11,608 bases of DNA, from contig JABXKD010000100.1 in assembly GCA_013375475.1 (NCBI GenBank), positions 1-11,608 on the forward strand, given 5' to 3'. Positions 1 to 8,004 of the stretch are shown here, piece after piece. A program made the translations under genes and the position numbers. The DNA comes from Promethearchaeota archaeon. GTDB taxonomy: Archaea; Asgardarchaeota; Lokiarchaeia; Sigyniarchaeales; SOKP01. The notes below the pieces were generated by a model, which was not told the DNA's origin, did not search any database, and saw only the letters and a program-made list of their open reading frames with translations. Within the stretch, counting starts at the first letter, position 1; every line of letters begins with the position of its first letter.

Positions 1-85
1 CATACAAAAATTGCCTAAATTTAATGTTAATTAATTAATGGAGCTCTATTTTCTATTGTTTTTTAATCTTAACAAGTAAAGGGAT

Positions 86-949
86 CTATTCACTTTTTCT
101 AATTTGCTCTGCTATTTTTATAATTTCTGTTAATTGTTGATTTACATCATGAGTACGAACTATATGTGCCCCTTTATAAACTGCTATCGCTGTTGCTGAC
201 AGAGATCCGTTTAGTCGTTTTTCGGGTTCTGGAACATTTAATATTGCTCCTATAAAAGATTTTCTGGAAATTGCTACTAATATTGGCTTCTTAAGAGATC
301 GGAGTTTGGTTAAATTTCCAATTATTTTCAAATCAAATTCAGGTGCTTTTTTATCAACCCACCTTCCAATTCCGGGATCTAAAATTAATTTTTTTCCATC
401 ATAACCTCTACGTTCCATGAGTTCAATAGTTTTGTTAAATTCATGCTGTATTTCATCAATTGTTAAAAGATCTCCTGGAACTTTCTTTGAAGCCATTAAT
501 ATTATTGGTAGATCATTTTCTACAATAAAATCACCTAAATCAGGATCAGTTTTTAAGCAACTTACATCGTTTATGATGATCTTTTTCTTAAATTTGGTTG
601 AAATTTCTAACGCTCTCTGAGCTACTCTTCTATATTGAGTGTCAATTGATAAAATGATATTATTCGGGATAATTTTACATGCATCATTCATCGCTGATTC
701 CATTCGATTAATTTCTTCCTCAATAGTTATCTTTTCCGACCAAGGAGCAGTTGATCTAGCACCCAGATCTAGTATAGCTGCACCATTATTGATCATATTC
801 TTAATCGCTAATTCTAATTTTTTTGCATTATCGTATACAGAACCTTGATAGAAAGATTCGGGCCTTAAATTTAATACGCCCATAACGATCGTAGGATAAT
901 TATCACCAATTTCTAAGAAATTGTAAAACTTTGCATATATTTCATTCAT
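86..949 (-). CDS. folP: Dihydropteroate synthase (archaeal-type FolP)
   Basis: Pterin-binding TIM-barrel motifs MGVLNLRPESFY (canonical GILNxTPDSF), LDLGARST, SIDT, INDVS, LDPGIG, SRKSFIG, IVRTHDV. ATG at 949 preferred over the TTG at 955 used by the ORF track. Confidence 0.93.
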   Translation of the reverse strand: MNEIYAKFYNFLEIGDNYPTIVMGVLNLRPESFYQGSVYDNAKKLELAIKNMINNGAAILDLGARSTAPWSEKITIEEEINRMESAMNDACKIIPNNIILSIDTQYRRVAQRALEISTKFKKKIIINDVSCLKTDPDLGDFIVENDLPIILMASKKVPGDLLTIDEIQHEFNKTIELMERRGYDGKKLILDPGIGRWVDKKAPEFDLKIIGNLTKLRSLKKPILVAISRKSFIGAILNVPEPEKRLNGSLSATAIAVYKGAHIVRTHDVNQQLTEIIKIAEQIRKSE

Positions 950-1004
950 GATCAACGATATTTTAAAAAAACTATATCAAATAAGTTTAATTCTTTTTAT
1001 TATA
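950..1004. promoter_or_regulatory. Compact bidirectional promoter region between folP and the CofE-like gene
   Basis: Only 55 bp separate the divergent ATGs (949 and 1005). AT-rich, contains palindromic TTTTAAAA (961-968), no SD for either gene (possibly leaderless). Exact TATA boxes not resolved. Confidence 0.5.
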
Positions 1005-1787
1005 ATGGAGTTATTTGCACTGAAACTTCCTTTGATTAAAAAACGAGACCCAATCCTTGATATAATTATATCAGAATTAGAGGGTCAAGAAAAAACATTA
1101 AAAGAAGGTGACATCATCGTTATAGCAGAAAAGATTGTTGCAACCTCTCAAGGGAGAGTAATTAGTTTATCCGATGTAAAACAAATTTCTCAAGAAGCGA
1201 AAAATCTTTCTGAACTTTACGACATGGACGAAAGGTATGTAGAATTAATATTGAGGGAAGCGTCAATGATCTTAGGTGGAATGACTCATGTCATTTTGGC
1301 GAAAGTTAATGATTTCTTAATTGCTAATGCGGGAATAGATCAATCTAATGCTGGACCTAATAAGGTTGTATTACTCCCCAATAATTTAAAGAAAGTAGTT
1401 TGGGAATATCGGGAAATTTTAAAAAGGAAATACAACTTATCTGATTTTGGAGTAATTATTGCTGATTCAAGGGTTCAACCTCTTAGGAAAGGAACGATAG
1501 GGATCGCTATTGCAACAGCAGGATTTGAACCAATAGAGGATTTAATAGGACATCCCGATCTTTTCAAACGCCCTATGGAAATTACTACAAGAGCTGTAGC
1601 CGACGACTTAGCTAGCGCCGCTCAATTTTTGTTGAGTGAAGCAGATCAAAGAACTCCTGTCGTAATCATTAGGGATAGTAATGTTGAATTTACAGAACAT
1701 CCCATATCAACACCCGAAATGGCGCCTGAAGAATGCCTTTATATGAATATTTTTTCTAAATACCTTCTTAGAAAAGAAGTTAAATAA
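1005..1787 (+). CDS. CofE-family gamma-glutamyl ligase (F420-0:glutamate ligase / FolC2-like folate glutamate ligase)
   Basis: GDIIVIAEKIVATSQGR, ANAGIDQSN, IIADSRVQPLRKG, GHPDLFKRPMEIT, VADDLASAA and TPVVIIR are CofE-family motifs. Start moved to ATG 1005 (MELFALKLPLI), matching the family N-terminus and avoiding overlap with folP. Confidence 0.88.
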   Translation: MELFALKLPLIKKRDPILDIIISELEGQEKTLKEGDIIVIAEKIVATSQGRVISLSDVKQISQEAKNLSELYDMDERYVELILREASMILGGMTHVILAKVNDFLIANAGIDQSNAGPNKVVLLPNNLKKVVWEYREILKRKYNLSDFGVIIADSRVQPLRKGTIGIAIATAGFEPIEDLIGHPDLFKRPMEITTRAVADDLASAAQFLLSEADQRTPVVIIRDSNVEFTEHPISTPEMAPEECLYMNIFSKYLLRKEVK

Positions 1788-1987
1788 TATCAATTTTCTT
1801 ATAGTATTTCGAGTTAGCTCTAAAACTATTAAATGTTATTCTATTATCTCACAATTTCATAAATTTAATGTAAAATAAGATTTACTTCAAGACTTTAGAA
1901 TAGAAGATTCAAAGTAAAATGATTTAATTAAGTTTATTTAAAAATGTAACAATTCCTATAATAACTAGAATTTAAGGGTCAAATAGA

Positions 1988-2908
1988 ATGGATAAAATTA
2001 CAATTATTGATCAAGATTATTCAATATTATTCTCTAGAGGATTAATTGCCAATAGTTTATTAAAAACAGGGTTATCATTTCTCGAAGCGCATAAAATTGC
2101 TGACGATATAAAAAATAACTTACGAAAAATGAACATATCAGAGATATCAAGCCAGGAAATGGATAATAAAATCTATAAGATTTTAGTTGATACTCAAGGT
2201 GCACAGTACGCCGAAAATTTTCTTGTTTTTAAGCAGATTCTTGAATTAGAACAACCAGTTATTATTTTAATTAGTGGAACAACTGGAATTGGAAAATCGA
2301 CAATTGCTCTAACTTTAGCCCATCGATTAGACTTTCGTAGTATGATTGGGACTGACTCAATCCGAGAAATTATGAGAAAAATATTGAGTAATGATTTAAT
2401 ACCGGAATTACACCAGAGTTCTTACGAAGCAGGTAAGTTCTCGAAGCATTATAGATCATCGAGGTTTAACTCCACGATTATAGGGTATAGTGAACAAGTC
2501 AAGATTGTGACAGTTGGTGTTGAAGCTCTGATCAAAAGAGCTCTTTATGAAGGAACTAATATGATTATCGAAGGAGTTCACTTGTCCCCTGAATTCCTTT
2601 CCAATGACATTTTAGAACATCCAAATATAGTTTTTGTGATGTTAAATTTATCTAACGAGGTACTGCATAAGAATAGATTCTCTATTCGAGCATATAATGT
2701 TTCTATGAGGCGCCCTGTAAACAAGTATTATGATAATTTCGAACAAATCAGAATTATTCAAGATTATTTAAAAGAGCAAGCAAAAATTGTGGGAGTTCCT
2801 ATCGTTGAAAATATCAAACGCGATGATACGGTGAAAAAACTGACCGAAATTGTAACTAACAGAATAAAAAAAATAGTTAAAGCTCATAATAAGAATTTAA
2901 TCATCTAA
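1988..2908 (+). CDS. pgk2: 2-phosphoglycerate kinase (ATP-cone + P-loop)
   Basis: N-terminal FSRGLIANSL ATP-cone-like segment; P-loop ISGTTGIGKST; IGTDSIREIMR, LHQSSY, IIEGVHL; 306 aa fits the archaeal 2PGK family. Confidence 0.88.
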   Translation: MDKITIIDQDYSILFSRGLIANSLLKTGLSFLEAHKIADDIKNNLRKMNISEISSQEMDNKIYKILVDTQGAQYAENFLVFKQILELEQPVIILISGTTGIGKSTIALTLAHRLDFRSMIGTDSIREIMRKILSNDLIPELHQSSYEAGKFSKHYRSSRFNSTIIGYSEQVKIVTVGVEALIKRALYEGTNMIIEGVHLSPEFLSNDILEHPNIVFVMLNLSNEVLHKNRFSIRAYNVSMRRPVNKYYDNFEQIRIIQDYLKEQAKIVGVPIVENIKRDDTVKKLTEIVTNRIKKIVKAHNKNLII

Positions 2909-3378
2909 GATGAAAATATTGATTAATATATTATTATACTTTCAATTTTGATCATAAATCAAACCATCAAAAGGTCTAGAATATCTATTTTATTTCAATG
3001 GAATAGGCCCTAACTATGTTTTAATAATGATATTATGCTATCATTTAGGATCACATTTTTTAGAAATCTTTAAGATTGAAGAATTGTGATTTCTAAAATC
3101 GAGTTTAACGGGACTTATGTAATCTATTATATTGTTATCTGAATAGATGCAACGGATGAGAATCTTTAATATGAATCCCCTAATATGCTGGAGTTAAACA
3201 TATATTTATCTTAATATACATAATTAAGATTAGTTATATCTTGAGTTGTATCACTCATAAATGATCATGAATTAATAAAAGAGGAATGTTTAAATATTTG
3301 AATTTACTTTGTAGATACTTAGAAACCTAATATAATTTTAATTTATGTTAATTCAAAAAATAAAAAAGTATTATGAAA

Positions 3379-3384
3379 GAGGTG
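3379..3384 (+). promoter_or_regulatory. Shine-Dalgarno-like site for the acidic micro-ORF
   Basis: GAGGTG, 10 nt upstream of ATG 3395; matches archaeal consensus GGAGGTGA. Confidence 0.6.
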
Positions 3385-3394
3385 TTTGGGTAAT

Positions 3395-3523
3395 ATGGTA
3401 AAAAGAGTAGATGATAATGAAGACGAAGGTTGGGAATTCGAAGATAGCGATGAAGACGATGATTGGGAAGATGAAGAAGAGGATTGGGAAGAGGATGACG
3501 ACGCCCTAGACTTCTATAGTTAG
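3395..3523 (+). CDS. Small Trp-containing hyper-acidic protein (42 aa), not in ORF track
   Basis: Manual translation: MVKRVDDNEDEGWEFEDSDEDDDWEDEEEDWEEDDDALDFYS*. 25/42 Asp/Glu, 3 Trp. Purine-rich island in AT-rich DNA, varied synonymous codons, upstream SD, downstream T-tracts. Confidence 0.75.
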   Translation: MVKRVDDNEDEGWEFEDSDEDDDWEDEEEDWEEDDDALDFYS

Positions 3524-3563
3524 CTATAGCATTATCGGATCCACCAAAATTTTAATTATATAA

Positions 3564-3597
3564 TTTTTTTTGGTCTACTTTTTTTTTACTTTTCTTT
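3564..3597 (+). terminator. Archaeal oligo-T terminator after the micro-ORF
   Basis: T8 (3564-3571), T9 (3579-3587) and further T runs on the + strand, 40 nt after stop 3523 and just before the convergent DHS stop. Confidence 0.55.
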
Positions 3598-4587
3598 CTA
3601 AATTATTTTTAATTTTTGAAATAAACCAGTGATTAATATAGGTAAAGCAATTGTAGCATCACACCAAACACTCACATAACTAGATTCTAAAGAATATTTA
3701 CCCCAGGATTTTGATTCAGAAACAGTACAACCAGATAATCCTCCATCATATTCTGTAGCAGTATGTATTCTAACAGAATACTTATAACCAAGATGATCCA
3801 ATTTTTTAATTTGATCTAAAAAGGGAAAAATTTGTTGTGCCCAATTTCTTGGCACACCACCACCAATTATTAGAGTTCCATGTTCTTTATAAGATTTTAT
3901 AATTTCACCAAATTTCGTGATGTCGCCAAGAATATCAAATTTAAATTCGTAATCTTCTTTTAAAGAATATATAATTAGATCTAAAGCTAATTCAGAATCA
4001 GATAAAGCGGGGACAAAAATAGGAACATTATACTTAGCGGCTATTGATAAAATACAACGTTTATTTATATTTTCGCCTAGCCTTAATAAGAATTCTGATG
4101 GTGTTATATCAATCGTTTTTTGTTGAAATACATTCTTAATAAGTGATAATATTTCATCTTCTGTTTTCAAATAATTATCTTCTGGTAGGAAAACATCGTA
4201 AATTCTGTTAATACGATTTTGAAAAAGTTCATCATCATCAACATTAGCATTACCTACATAGTGACCAATATTAGTAAAGACATCAACTAAGTCATGGATA
4301 ACATTTGCGCCAGTACTTACAATAACATCTATGAGCTTTTTTTCTATTAGAGCACATATAATTTCTCCCATTCCTGCAGGAACCATTGCTCCGGATAATG
4401 TTAAAACGGTCAATATTTTATCTGATGAAACCATCTTATATAGTAAATCTAGAGCTTTCCCAAGATTTCTACCTTGAAATCCGCATTCTTTTAAAGATTG
4501 CAGTACGTCTTCTATTGATTTAATTTGATACACATTAAAAGGCGAAATTTTTTTTTTCAAAAATTCATCATTAGGCGTATTAGTCAT
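3598..4587 (-). CDS. Deoxyhypusine synthase family protein (DHS-like aminobutyltransferase)
   Basis: GFQGRNLG, LTLSGAMVPAGM, IVSTGANVIHD, RINRIYDV, PIFVPALSDS, IIGGGVPRNW, DGGLSGCTVSESKSWGK (catalytic Lys retained), CDATIALP. Confidence 0.92.
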   Translation of the reverse strand: MTNTPNDEFLKKKISPFNVYQIKSIEDVLQSLKECGFQGRNLGKALDLLYKMVSSDKILTVLTLSGAMVPAGMGEIICALIEKKLIDVIVSTGANVIHDLVDVFTNIGHYVGNANVDDDELFQNRINRIYDVFLPEDNYLKTEDEILSLIKNVFQQKTIDITPSEFLLRLGENINKRCILSIAAKYNVPIFVPALSDSELALDLIIYSLKEDYEFKFDILGDITKFGEIIKSYKEHGTLIIGGGVPRNWAQQIFPFLDQIKKLDHLGYKYSVRIHTATEYDGGLSGCTVSESKSWGKYSLESSYVSVWCDATIALPILITGLFQKLKII

Positions 4588-4854
4588 AGTAATTATAATA
4601 TTTTACAAAATTTTTAAACAAATCTAAATACTAAAATCTCAACAAAATTAAATAGACCTTGAGTTTATTAACTTTTACCTTCTCTTAGATTTCAATTATA
4701 TCTAAGATTTTTTCTCCGAGTTCGTGAATTAGGATAAGAACTCTTGAATTAGTCTTTTACATTTACAAGTGTATATTGTACTTAAATAAATTTAAATAAA
4801 ATTAAGATTTATTATATAATTAATTAAAAATTATAATAGATTTATCATTATAAG

Positions 4855-5403
4855 ATGTCACTTGTTCCCAAAAAAGTATTCTTTGTATCTGGTAAAGGAT
4901 TTCATAAGACTAAATTAGCAGCTTTTGAACAAGCACTTAGAGATGCAGGTATTGAGAAATATAATTTAGTTAGTGTATCTTCAATACTACCACCTTATTG
5001 TATTGAAATTGAGAAAGTAGATGGATTAAAACAGTTACGCCCGGGTCAAATTTTATATTGTGTACTCGCTAGAGAAGAATCGAACGAGTATAATCGGATT
5101 ATAGCTTCATCAATCGGGGTAGCAAAACCCGCAGATAAAGGGCAATATGGATATTTAAGTGAATACCACGATTTTGGAAAGAAACCAGAGACGGTGGCTG
5201 ATACAGCTGAGGATTTAGCAGCAGAGATGCTTGCATCAACCCTGGGGATACCATTTGATTCTGATCTTAATTATGATGAAAAAAAGGAAGTGTATAAGTT
5301 GGGGGGGAAAATAGTAGAAACAAAAAGTATTATTACCCACACTATAGTTAAAGAAGAGAATGAATGGGCATGTGTCATAGCAGCCGCGGTATTCATTATC
5401 TAA
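4855..5403 (+). CDS. pdaD: Pyruvoyl-dependent arginine decarboxylase
   Basis: LVPKKVFFVSGKG, FEQALRDAGIEKYNLVSVSSILPP (Ser-Ser self-cleavage site), GYLSEYH, AEDLAAEMLASTLG, W..VIAAAVF; 182 aa. Confidence 0.95.
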   Translation: MSLVPKKVFFVSGKGFHKTKLAAFEQALRDAGIEKYNLVSVSSILPPYCIEIEKVDGLKQLRPGQILYCVLAREESNEYNRIIASSIGVAKPADKGQYGYLSEYHDFGKKPETVADTAEDLAAEMLASTLGIPFDSDLNYDEKKEVYKLGGKIVETKSIITHTIVKEENEWACVIAAAVFII

Positions 5404-5529
5404 AACAATTAATCCTTAAATTAGTTCTTTCCCCGGTTTCGGCTCTAAAAGCAATTTCTTTTGATTATCTACTTTTCTGAGTAGAAAATTAAGTATATAT
5501 TTTCATCAATATTTATTTAATTAGGTATT

Positions 5530-6831
5530 ATGACTGAATTAAAATACATAACAATTGAAGAAGCTATAAAGAAAAAACCTCAAACTGTAAATTTGAGAGG
5601 ATGGGTATATCGAGAACGCAAGAGTAATAAATTCGTATTCATCGTGCTTAGAGACGAGTCTGACATCATCCAGTGCGTGATTTCTAAAAGTAAAAATGCT
5701 GAACTTTTTGAAAAGGCTGAAAAATTATCAATTGAATCTTCAGTAAAAATTACGGGAGAATTAAAGGAAGATGTCAGAGCACCCAGTGGGTTTGAAGTTT
5801 CCGTCACGGAGATGGAGGTTGTGCAAATTGCCGATCCTTTCCCAATTACTGAACACCAATCACCTGAGCTTTTATATGATAACAGACACTTATGGATAAG
5901 ATCAAGAAAACTAAACGCTGTTCTGAAAATTCGACACACAGTAGTCGGGGCAATTCACGAATTTTTTAGAAGTAGAGGGTATTACGAATTTGACGCCCCT
6001 ATTTTCCAACCAAGCCAATCTGAAGGTGGTGCTACACTTTTTGAGGTTAAATATTTTGAGGATATTATGTATCTTAGTCAAACTTGGCAGCTTTACGCAG
6101 AAGCAGGGATTTTTTCGCTGGGAAAAATTTATAACATGGGACCAACATTCCGAGCTGAGAAGTCAAAAACATCAAGGCATTTAGCAGAATTTTGGATGGC
6201 AGAGATGGAAGCCGCTTGGATGACACTCGATGAACTTACTGAAGTAGCTAAAGACGAAATCAGATTTATTGTACAAGAGGTTTTAAAATATAACAAGAAA
6301 GAACTCGAAATATTAGAAAGGGACATTAAATTACTCGAACACTACGCAAAAGCTGAGTACCCCACTATTAAATATGCTGAAGCCTTAGAAATCCTTAATA
6401 ATAAATACCAGATGAATGTTCCATGGGGTAAAGACCTAAGAACGATAGAGGAAGCAAAGATTGCTGAACATTTTAAAGTCCCAGTGATTGTAACGCACTA
6501 TCCTACAGAGATTATGGGTTTTTATAAACCACCAAGCGAAGAAAATCCAAAAGAAGCGCTTTGTTTTGACGCGTTAGCTCCAGAAGGATATTGTGAAATT
6601 ATAGGAGGATCCCAAAGGAGTTTACTGGTTGACGATATGAAGAAGAGATTAGAAGCAGATGGCGAAGACCCAGGGAATTATGAGTGGTACTTTGCTTTGA
6701 GGAATTATGGTAGTGTTCCTCACTCGGGTTATGGTTTAGGCGTGGAACGTGTCGTCCAATGGATGTGCGGTTTAGATAATATCAAAGACGCTATTCCTTT
6801 TCCAAGGACTATGATAAGAAAATCTCCCTAA
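5530..6831 (+). CDS. asnS: Asparagine--tRNA ligase (class IIb)
   Basis: OB-fold LRGWVYRER..FIVLRD; YLSQTWQLY; motif 2 FRAEKSKTSRHLAEFWMAEME; APEGYCEIIGGSQR; motif 3 YGSVPHSGYGLGVER..FPR. EFWMxE, EIIGGSQR and YGSVPH favour AsnRS over AspRS. Confidence 0.92.
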   Translation: MTELKYITIEEAIKKKPQTVNLRGWVYRERKSNKFVFIVLRDESDIIQCVISKSKNAELFEKAEKLSIESSVKITGELKEDVRAPSGFEVSVTEMEVVQIADPFPITEHQSPELLYDNRHLWIRSRKLNAVLKIRHTVVGAIHEFFRSRGYYEFDAPIFQPSQSEGGATLFEVKYFEDIMYLSQTWQLYAEAGIFSLGKIYNMGPTFRAEKSKTSRHLAEFWMAEMEAAWMTLDELTEVAKDEIRFIVQEVLKYNKKELEILERDIKLLEHYAKAEYPTIKYAEALEILNNKYQMNVPWGKDLRTIEEAKIAEHFKVPVIVTHYPTEIMGFYKPPSEENPKEALCFDALAPEGYCEIIGGSQRSLLVDDMKKRLEADGEDPGNYEWYFALRNYGSVPHSGYGLGVERVVQWMCGLDNIKDAIPFPRTMIRKSP

Positions 6832-6916
6832 TCTCAAATTTTAAACCATCCGGCAAAAAGAAATTTTCCTATTATCTTCCACTTATTTTTATCAAAAAAA
6901 AAAATATTGGTACTTC

Positions 6917-7798
6917 TTATATAAATCCACTTATTTTTAAGCCGTTTATCATCATACCAACGATAAATTCAAAAATTTTCTCATTCCAAAATTTTGATTT
7001 AGGCATTAATGTTTTAACATACTTACTTGTAATAGTATCAATTGAAGGGTTTTCATTATACCATTCAATTAAGGAGTTCTTTACTTTAAAATATAGTTCT
7101 TCCATTTCGTTTAATACTTGCTCAAAATGAGTATCTCTCCATACTCCAAAATGAGCTAAAGAGATGGAACTCAACCTATTTTTCATATCTCGTAATTTCT
7201 TAAAAGAGTTAACTAGATCCTTTTCGTGAAAGTTAGGTGGCATGAGGGGGATAAAAAAAGCATCCTGATCTAATCTCATACTGACTGCATCTCCGATAAA
7301 AATATTTCTATTTAATTCGTCAAATAACGCAATAGAATCCATTGTATGTCCAAAAAAATTCATAATTTCTAATTCTAATCCATTTAAATCAATTATGTCT
7401 CCTTCTTTTAGGGGAGTTACCTTATCTTCAAAAGGATTTAAATTAATTCCCTCATATCCATCAATCATTTTTTCTGGATGTCTTAAGTTATCAATAGCAT
7501 TTTCTGAAGCCAATACTTCTACATCCAGGTCTTTCATTAATGTTTTTATTTTTGAAATTCCTTGAGCGTGATCCCAATGAGAATGAGTCAAAACAATTTT
7601 ATGAATAGGGTAAAGACCAAAATCTTTGAGTTTTTTTATAACTGTTCGGGCTTTTAATGTTTCTCCAACATCAATCATTAATCGCATACCGTTGTTTTCA
7701 ATTATATAAATCGAAAGAAATTTGGGTAATCCCATTGGCATTCCATCGACAAGATAATAATTATCACTAAACTTACCTTCAGAATTTATTATTACTAT
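6917..7798 (-). CDS. MBL-fold metallo-hydrolase (substrate unknown)
   Basis: IDVG, THSHWDH (HxHxDH), GHT, FIGDA, AHFG motifs. Frame stays open 19 codons upstream of ATG 7741 to ATA 7798, which follows an AGGTGAT SD. Start uncertain (7798 vs 7741). Confidence 0.88.
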   Translation of the reverse strand: MVIINSEGKFSDNYYLVDGMPMGLPKFLSIYIIENNGMRLMIDVGETLKARTVIKKLKDFGLYPIHKIVLTHSHWDHAQGISKIKTLMKDLDVEVLASENAIDNLRHPEKMIDGYEGINLNPFEDKVTPLKEGDIIDLNGLELEIMNFFGHTMDSIALFDELNRNIFIGDAVSMRLDQDAFFIPLMPPNFHEKDLVNSFKKLRDMKNRLSSISLAHFGVWRDTHFEQVLNEMEELYFKVKNSLIEWYNENPSIDTITSKYVKTLMPKSKFWNEKIFEFIVGMMINGLKISGFI

Positions 7799-7802
7799 TT
7801 AG

Positions 7803-7812
7803 ATCACCTTCC
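7803..7812 (-). promoter_or_regulatory. Strong Shine-Dalgarno site for the MBL hydrolase
   Basis: Minus strand reads GGAAGGTGAT-CTAA-ATA; AGGTGAT is complementary to the archaeal 16S 3' end. Confidence 0.7.
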
Positions 7813-8004
7813 AATTTAGTATTCAAATATTTCCTTACTTAATTATTATACAAAATAGTATGTTTTTGGATTTAAAGTTTAAGGAAGAAAATAGCAAAAT
7901 GAATAGAAATAATTATTATAAAGAAATCATCAAACCAGTAATTTTTTCGATGAATTATTTAAGAAACACTGATTCTAATTTATTTAAAAGGATGGTTAGT
8001 TGAT

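Noticed and set aside
417-848. Two + strand ORFs (417-620, 639-848)
   Set aside because: Antisense shadows of folP with no recognisable motifs.
948-1004. Hydrophobic N-terminal extension of the CofE-like ORF (possible signal peptide; head-to-head overlap with folP)
   Set aside because: It is translated AT-rich promoter DNA; family similarity begins at ATG 1005.
3373-3393. 6-codon uORF MKEVFG ending one base before the acidic micro-ORF
   Set aside because: Too short to distinguish from chance; it simply spans the SD.
3410-3503. GAN-rich stretch as a microsatellite or CRISPR-like repeat
   Set aside because: No fixed unit or spacers; periodicity is explained by Asp/Glu codons.
3514-3530. CTATAG-TTAG-CTATAG palindromes over the micro-ORF stop
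   Set aside because: Only 6-8 bp and AT-rich; cannot be supported as a functional hairpin.
5580-6326. ORFs 5580-5939(-), 5990-6184(+), 6129-6326(-)
   Set aside because: Overlap asnS in other frames or strand; no motifs.
5530-6831. Alternative call as AspRS or truncated AsnRS-like asparagine synthetase
   Set aside because: The anticodon-binding OB-fold is present and the motifs are AsnRS-type.
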